Source: an uncultured Gemmatimonadales bacterium
Lineage (GTDB): Bacteria; Gemmatimonadota; Gemmatimonadetes; Longimicrobiales; Gaopeijiaceae
NCBI GenBank assembly: GCA_963809895.1
Contig: CAWELD010000003.1
Coordinates: 896,001-960,000, forward strand
Direction of reading: 5' to 3'
DNA: 64,000 bases
Of the stretch, positions 59,125 through 64,000 are shown one piece after another; positions within the stretch are counted from its first letter, which is position 1; every line of letters starts with the position of its first letter. The notes under the pieces are model-generated. The model searched no databases. It saw only the letters and a program-made list of their open reading frames with translations, and had not been told where the DNA came from. The translations under genes were made by a program, and so were the position numbers.

Positions 59125-62100
59125 ATGTCGTCGCCAGCCTTTCGCATGTCTCTGCTGGGCACGCCGCGGATCACGCGAACCAGGGACGGCGAGCCCATCG
59201 ATGTGCCGTTGGGCAAGCCGTTCGCGGCCCTGGCCTACGTGGCTCTGGCCACGGAGCGGGTCACGCGTGACGATCTGGTGCACCTGCTGTGGCCGTCCAC
59301 CATGGGCGGACGGGGCCGTGCCTCCGTTCGCCAGGCGCTCTGGCTACTGAGAAAGCAGATCCACCCCGACGTCGTGGTGGAAGCCGACGGGGTGCTGAGC
59401 GTCAATCCGGAGGTCCTCCGGCACGATCTCTCCGACCTGGGCACACAGATCGCCGAGGGTCATCTGGAGGAGGCCTGGCGTGGGTGGCGGGGGGTCCGCT
59501 CCGCGGGCTGGCCCTGCCCGACGCCCCAGGTTGGGATGCCTGGGCCGACGAGCTCCGGACTCGTTGGGAACGGCGGCTCGGCGAGGCTCTGGAAGCAGCG
59601 GCCGACGTGGCCGAGGGGGAGGAGCGCCTGACCTGGCTGGACCGTGCCCTCGAGGTGCGGCCGTTCCGCGAGGCCGTGCACGAGGCACGCACGCGCACCC
59701 TGCTTTCGCTGAGGCGCGAGGACGAGGCCGAGGAGGCCCTTCACCGTCTGCGGGCGACCGTCGACGAGCCCGACCCGAAGCGCCTCTCGGAGCTGGAAGA
59801 CGCCCTGCGCACGCTGCGGCGAGAGGTGGGCGGCGACGACGCACGGCTCACGCTCGAGTTCGTGGGACGCTCCCGGGAGCTCGCAGCGCTGTCCGGGCTG
59901 TGGCGCTCCGTGATGTCGGGCCGCTCCTCGTCTGGTCTCGCTGCAGGGGCCGGCCGGCATCGGCAAGTCGCGCCTGGCGGCCGAAGTCCTCAGGCGCACG
60001 GCGTTGGATGGAGCCGTCGTCGCGGAGGCAGCAGCCCTGGAAGTCGAACGATCCCTGCCTCTCGGTGTGGTCGCGGCCCTCGTACGGTCGCTGCTCGATC
60101 TTCCGGGCGCCGCGGGGATCAGCGCAGGCTCCGCTGACGCCCTGCATGCCCTCCTACCGTCCAGGAGGACGGGTGAGGCGCCCATCCATCCGGGGTCGCC
60201 GACGGCGCTTGCCGACGCCCTGATCGACCTCATCGAAGCGGTTGCGCACGAAGCGCCGCTGGTCCTCCTGGTGGAGGACGTGCAGTGGAGCGACCCGGAG
60301 TCCCGGACGCTCCTGAGTCGTGCGCTTCGGAGCGTCCGCGACGGGCGTGTCCTGATGGTGTGGACCTGCCGCACGGAGGAAGGCGACGCCGCGACGCTCC
60401 GCGACATCCAGGCGTTGCAGGCGGCCAAGAGCGCCGAGATCCTCGAGCTCGGCCCGCTGTCGTTGGGCGAGACCCGGGAGATGGTCGCTCTCCTGCTCGA
60501 GCACGCGACGGCCGACGGCATCGAACGACTCGCCGCCGCCATCCACGATGCGTCCGGCGGCAATCCCCTTCATGTCGTGGAGCTCATTCACAACCTCCGG
60601 GACGAGGGGGTGCTCATCCACGAATCCGGAAACGGATGGATCGCCGCCGAGGACCGCATCCCGTCGGCTCTCGAGCTACCGCCATCCGTGCGACAGGCCC
60701 TGGCGCGTCGCCTGGCGCTGCTCTCGCCGGACGCCCTGACGTTGGCACGGGAGCTGGCGCGGGCGGATCGTCCCCAGACCCCCCGCACATTGATCGCGGC
60801 GTCGCCCGGCCGGTGGAGTGAACGCATCGGATGCCCTCCAGGAGCTCCTGCAGCGCGACGTGGTCCGCTGGACCCGCGACGACCGGGTGGCCTTCGCCCA
60901 CGGTGCGATCCGGGAGGCGGTGACACCTCTCGATCAGCCCGCCTCGTTCGGCCCCAGGTGGATCGCGGCGGCCATCGCCGTCACGGCGCTGCTCGTCACA
61001 GGCGTGGTGGCGAGCAGATCCGGCGCCAGCACCGATCCCTTGCCCTTCGGAGGAGGCACGCTCTGGCTGGTTTCGGCGAGCACGGACTACCGGGGATACC
61101 GGGTTGCCCGGGGTGACCCGAGCACCTGGCTGGCGACGGACTCGGTGGCGCTGCCGGTGGGATTCCGTTCACTGGCGGCCCCTGTGCTCGGCGCGGATGG
61201 AAGCTGGTGGTTCGGAGGGCACTCCGGCCTGGACCCGGAGGCGGCGCCCGATGCCCTCGTGTTCCACGATGGGACCATCGACACGCTCCTCGCGACTGCG
61301 GGAGACGACGGTGTCCTCACGCTCGGGCCGAACCTGCATGCGGCCATTCTCAGTATGCAGGTGCCGGATGCGGTGCCGTATCGGAAAGCCATGGTCCTCG
61401 CCGACCTCGAGTCGGGTGAAGCCCGAGTGCTCGCCGAGGGGGAGAGCACCGTATCCGGGCACGACTGGTCGGCCGACGGTGCGTCGATCCTGGGGAGCGT
61501 CGATGCCGCCTGGGACACGGTGGTGGTGTTTCGGCCGGACGGACGGCGCCTCGCCGCCATGCCGGCACCCGATGCCATCCTGGATCGCCTCCGCTTCTGT
61601 GGGACTCGGGGCGTCGTGGGGACATCCCTTCCGCCGGGACGCCTGAGCCGCGCCTGGTATTGGGACCTGGACAGTGGGGAAGTGCGCGAGCTTCCGCGCC
61701 CACAACCCAATCCCCGGAGATTGGCGTGCTCGCCGGATGGCCGTGCGATCGCGTATCTCAATGGAGATCGGGAGGTGGTCGTCCAGGACCTCGACGGGTC
61801 GGTGATCGCGTCGATCCCGTCCCCGACTCCGCTGACCGACGTCCGCTGGAGTCCGGACCCCGCGCCGGCCCCGTCCGCTGTCTTGGTCGAGGCTTCCGAC
61901 ACGACGTTGCCTCGCGGAGCACGAGCTCACCTCGCGGCCCGGGTACTGGACGGGCGAGGGCGCCCCATGGATCTGCCGGTGGAGTGGTCGTCGGACGATC
62001 CAGCGGTGGCCTCCGTCGCCGCGGACGGTCGCGTATGGGCGAACCGATCGGGAGAGGTGACGCTCCGGGGCACGGTCAATGGATGGATCGCAGACTCGGT

Positions 62101-62797
62101 CCGGGTCCGGGTGACCGAAACGGAGTCGAGGGGCCTCCTGCTTTCCGACTCCTTCTCCGATCTGGATGAAGGGCGCTGGGTGCTCCTGGGCTCTCCCAAG
62201 CCCGTCGCGTCGACCGACGAGGCCGGGAGGGCGGTGTTGGACATGCGGGGCGACGGTCGGGAGGAGGACGGCATCCTGTCGCGGGAAGAAACGTCTCTGC
62301 CTCGAGGCGGCACGGTGGAAATCCGGTTTCGGCTACCCCTCACGGACCGTGTGGACCGCCAGTCCATCACCCTCTGCCTGGTACAGGCGCACCGAGGCGA
62401 GCCGGAGGAGATCCTGACGGCGTGGGCCATCAGCAGTCGCTGGTGTTCGAGGTGGCCGGCTCGCGAGCTCACGGACTTCGATCCGGACATGGTGTCGCTG
62501 AGCGGGACCGCGGGCGGGCTGGGTCCCGTAGACGCCGGTGAGTATCTGAATCCGGACGGATGGAACCGCTTCGCGCTGCAATTGAGGGCCGACGGCAGGG
62601 TGAGCCTGTTCATCAACGATGCCTTCGTCGTGTCACATCCCAAGCCGCTCAACAACGCGCCCGGCTCGAAATGGCGGGTCCTCATCCTGGACCGTGCGGC
62701 CGACACCCACGTCTACCTGCGTGACGTCGCGCTGTGGGACGAGGCACGATACCCCGTGCCCGAGCGCGCTTCGGCCGACAGCCTAGCAGGTCGCTGA
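59125..62797 (+). CDS. Large BTAD/AAA-ATPase transmembrane regulator with extracellular propeller, Ig-like and lectin-like domains (three frameshifts, near 59490, 59930 and 60810)
   Basis: SLLGTP, SVRQALW and BTAD, Walker A GPAGIGKS across a frameshift, VEDVQWSD, SGGNPLH, TM helix, SPDG repeats and VEWSSDDPAVASV (Big_2-like). Confidence 0.75.
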
Positions 62798-63091
62798 AGA
62801 AGGGGAGTACCCCGCGCGCATGGCGCTTTCGCGCGTTCAGGCAAGGAGCGACGACGAGTCGTAGCAGCGCTACGGCGAGGAGGAGAGACGATGGATCAAC
62901 CGCGGAACCGCCATGCGCCCATCCGTATGTGGCCTATGAACTTGGACGGCAGTGGGTTGGGGCGGCACGGCCCCTCCTCCGTCGTTGAAGCTCCTCGACG
63001 TAGCTATGGCTATGCCTTCGTCGCTTCGCCTAGGTTGAGGGGCCGTGGCGCTCCCAACGCGGGGTGCTCCCCTTCTTCAGCGACCTGCTAG
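62783..63091 (+). mobile_element. MITE copy 2 (309 bp including CTAG flanks)
   Basis: Ends CTAGCAGGTCGCTGAAGAAGGGGAGYACCCCGCG are inverted; about 7 substitutions relative to copy 1. Confidence 0.88.
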
Positions 63092-63133
63092 AGGGTTCGC
63101 TCAGGCCTTAGTGGGATCCCGAGGTTGGTCCAC

Positions 63134-63532
63134 TTAGCGCGTCGAGCACTCCCTCACGATCCGCTCGACGTGCCGCTCCACGCCGGCGATGGCGCGGACG
63201 AGGTCGGGGCGCGTCTCGGCTGCCGAGATCTCCCGGGCGAACGCGAGCAGGCTCGCACGAACGACGTCACGGAGCTCGCCGGAGGCATCCCGGCTCGCGT
63301 CACGTCGCCGGCGTCGGACACGCGGTACCCCATCGCGAGCCTTGCGCCGGGGGCGCCGTCTCCCGGCTCCATCGGAAGGAAGAAAGCGCGAGCGGAACTC
63401 GTCGTCTGACAGGGCTTCGAGCGCCGGATCGATCCGGTGGGCCAGCCACCGGAGGTCCTTCAGCGCGACCGACGGCAGGCGAGCCAACTCGGCGTCGATC
63501 ATCTCCTGAACGTCCAAGGCATTCGTGGTCAT
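63134..63532 (-). CDS. Hypothetical protein
   Basis: 132-aa ORF with plausible composition, co-oriented with the upstream reductase. Confidence 0.5.
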   Translation of the reverse strand: MTTNALDVQEMIDAELARLPSVALKDLRWLAHRIDPALEALSDDEFRSRFLPSDGAGRRRPRRKARDGVPRVRRRRRDASRDASGELRDVVRASLLAFAREISAAETRPDLVRAIAGVERHVERIVRECSTR

Positions 63533-63600
63533 GCCTGCAGCCTATCGGCTATGCCGACGTCGTCGCAAGGCCTTGGCGTCGTGGCGAGCCCCGAAGGACG

Positions 63601-64000
63601 TCATCGCCCCCGGACTCCCTCCGGCTCCCCAAGGAACTCCACCCACGCCTTCTTGACGCAGGGGTAATGCTTCGCGGCCTCCACGAGGTCCATGAAGGCG
63701 GTCACCGTGCGCTCGAAGCGGTCCGCGAGACCGGGGTCCGCGATCCCGCCTTCCTCGTCGAAGGCCTCGTGGGCACGCGCCAGGGAGAACATGTCGGGGT
63801 AGACCCGCGCCCCGAGGTGCTCCAGGGGCACACGCAAGGACCACAGGCCCCTGTTCCCGCCCACCATGGACGGCGACGCCGACATGAGGAGGGCGTGGTG
63901 CTCGTTGAAGGGCTGGGGGCGGTAGCGCGACACCCAGTCGATCATGTTCTTCACCACGCCGGCCATGGAGGCGTTGTACTCCGGTGACGCCATGACCAGG
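63601..64000 (-). CDS. NADPH-dependent FMN reductase (5' part outside window)
   Basis: SPEYNASMAGVVKNMIDWVSR and SASPSMVGGNRG. Confidence 0.9.
   Translation of the reverse strand, partial: LVMASPEYNASMAGVVKNMIDWVSRYRPQPFNEHHALLMSASPSMVGGNRGLWSLRVPLEHLGARVYPDMFSLARAHEAFDEEGGIADPGLADRFERTVTAFMDLVEAAKHYPCVKKAWVEFLGEPEGVRGR

Noticed and set aside
62891..63091. 66-aa ORF with AGGAGG SD inside both MITE copies (also 53621-53821)
   Set aside because: Six of about seven differences between the copies change the amino acid, and the stop lies in the target site, so there is no sign of selection on a protein.

Overview
High-GC bacterial chromosomal segment. The gene repertoire (TonB receptor, many 6-bladed beta-propeller proteins, PadR/ADOP pair, BTAD and TolB-N/TPR regulators, cruF-type carotenoid genes) suggests Gemmatimonadota; this is an inference. 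In order, the window holds: an egtC-like 5' end, a Thr/Ser dehydratase, TBDR-trxC-argR, argCBDA, an ArgR-boxed promoter followed by a structured leader, an argG 3' remnant and argH, aroF with an aromatic leader-peptide attenuator, fbaB-rpiA-rpe, an Hpt/RR/hybrid kinase set, a photolyase, TIGR01777, a CarH-like/cruF/crtE-crtB fusion/crtI operon, trmH, an HD-GYP regulator, a PBP hybrid kinase and an amidohydrolase. Next come a duplicated accessory locus (Cys-rich secreted protein, beta-propellers, DUF885 peptidase-like gene), ArsR-zntA, PadR-ADOP, DinB, hipBA, tRNA-Leu(TAA), ccmCD, a large BTAD-ATPase membrane sensor and an FMN reductase 3' end. Two copies of a 309-bp CTAG-flanked MITE are present. 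About nine single-base frameshifts in otherwise intact genes look like long-read indel errors. The most interesting signals are the candidate arg leader RNA with the argG remnant, the Phe/Trp/Tyr attenuator, the Cys-rich protein/propeller/DUF885 module with a hidden pseudogene and a CTAG-C-CTAG footprint, and the MITE.
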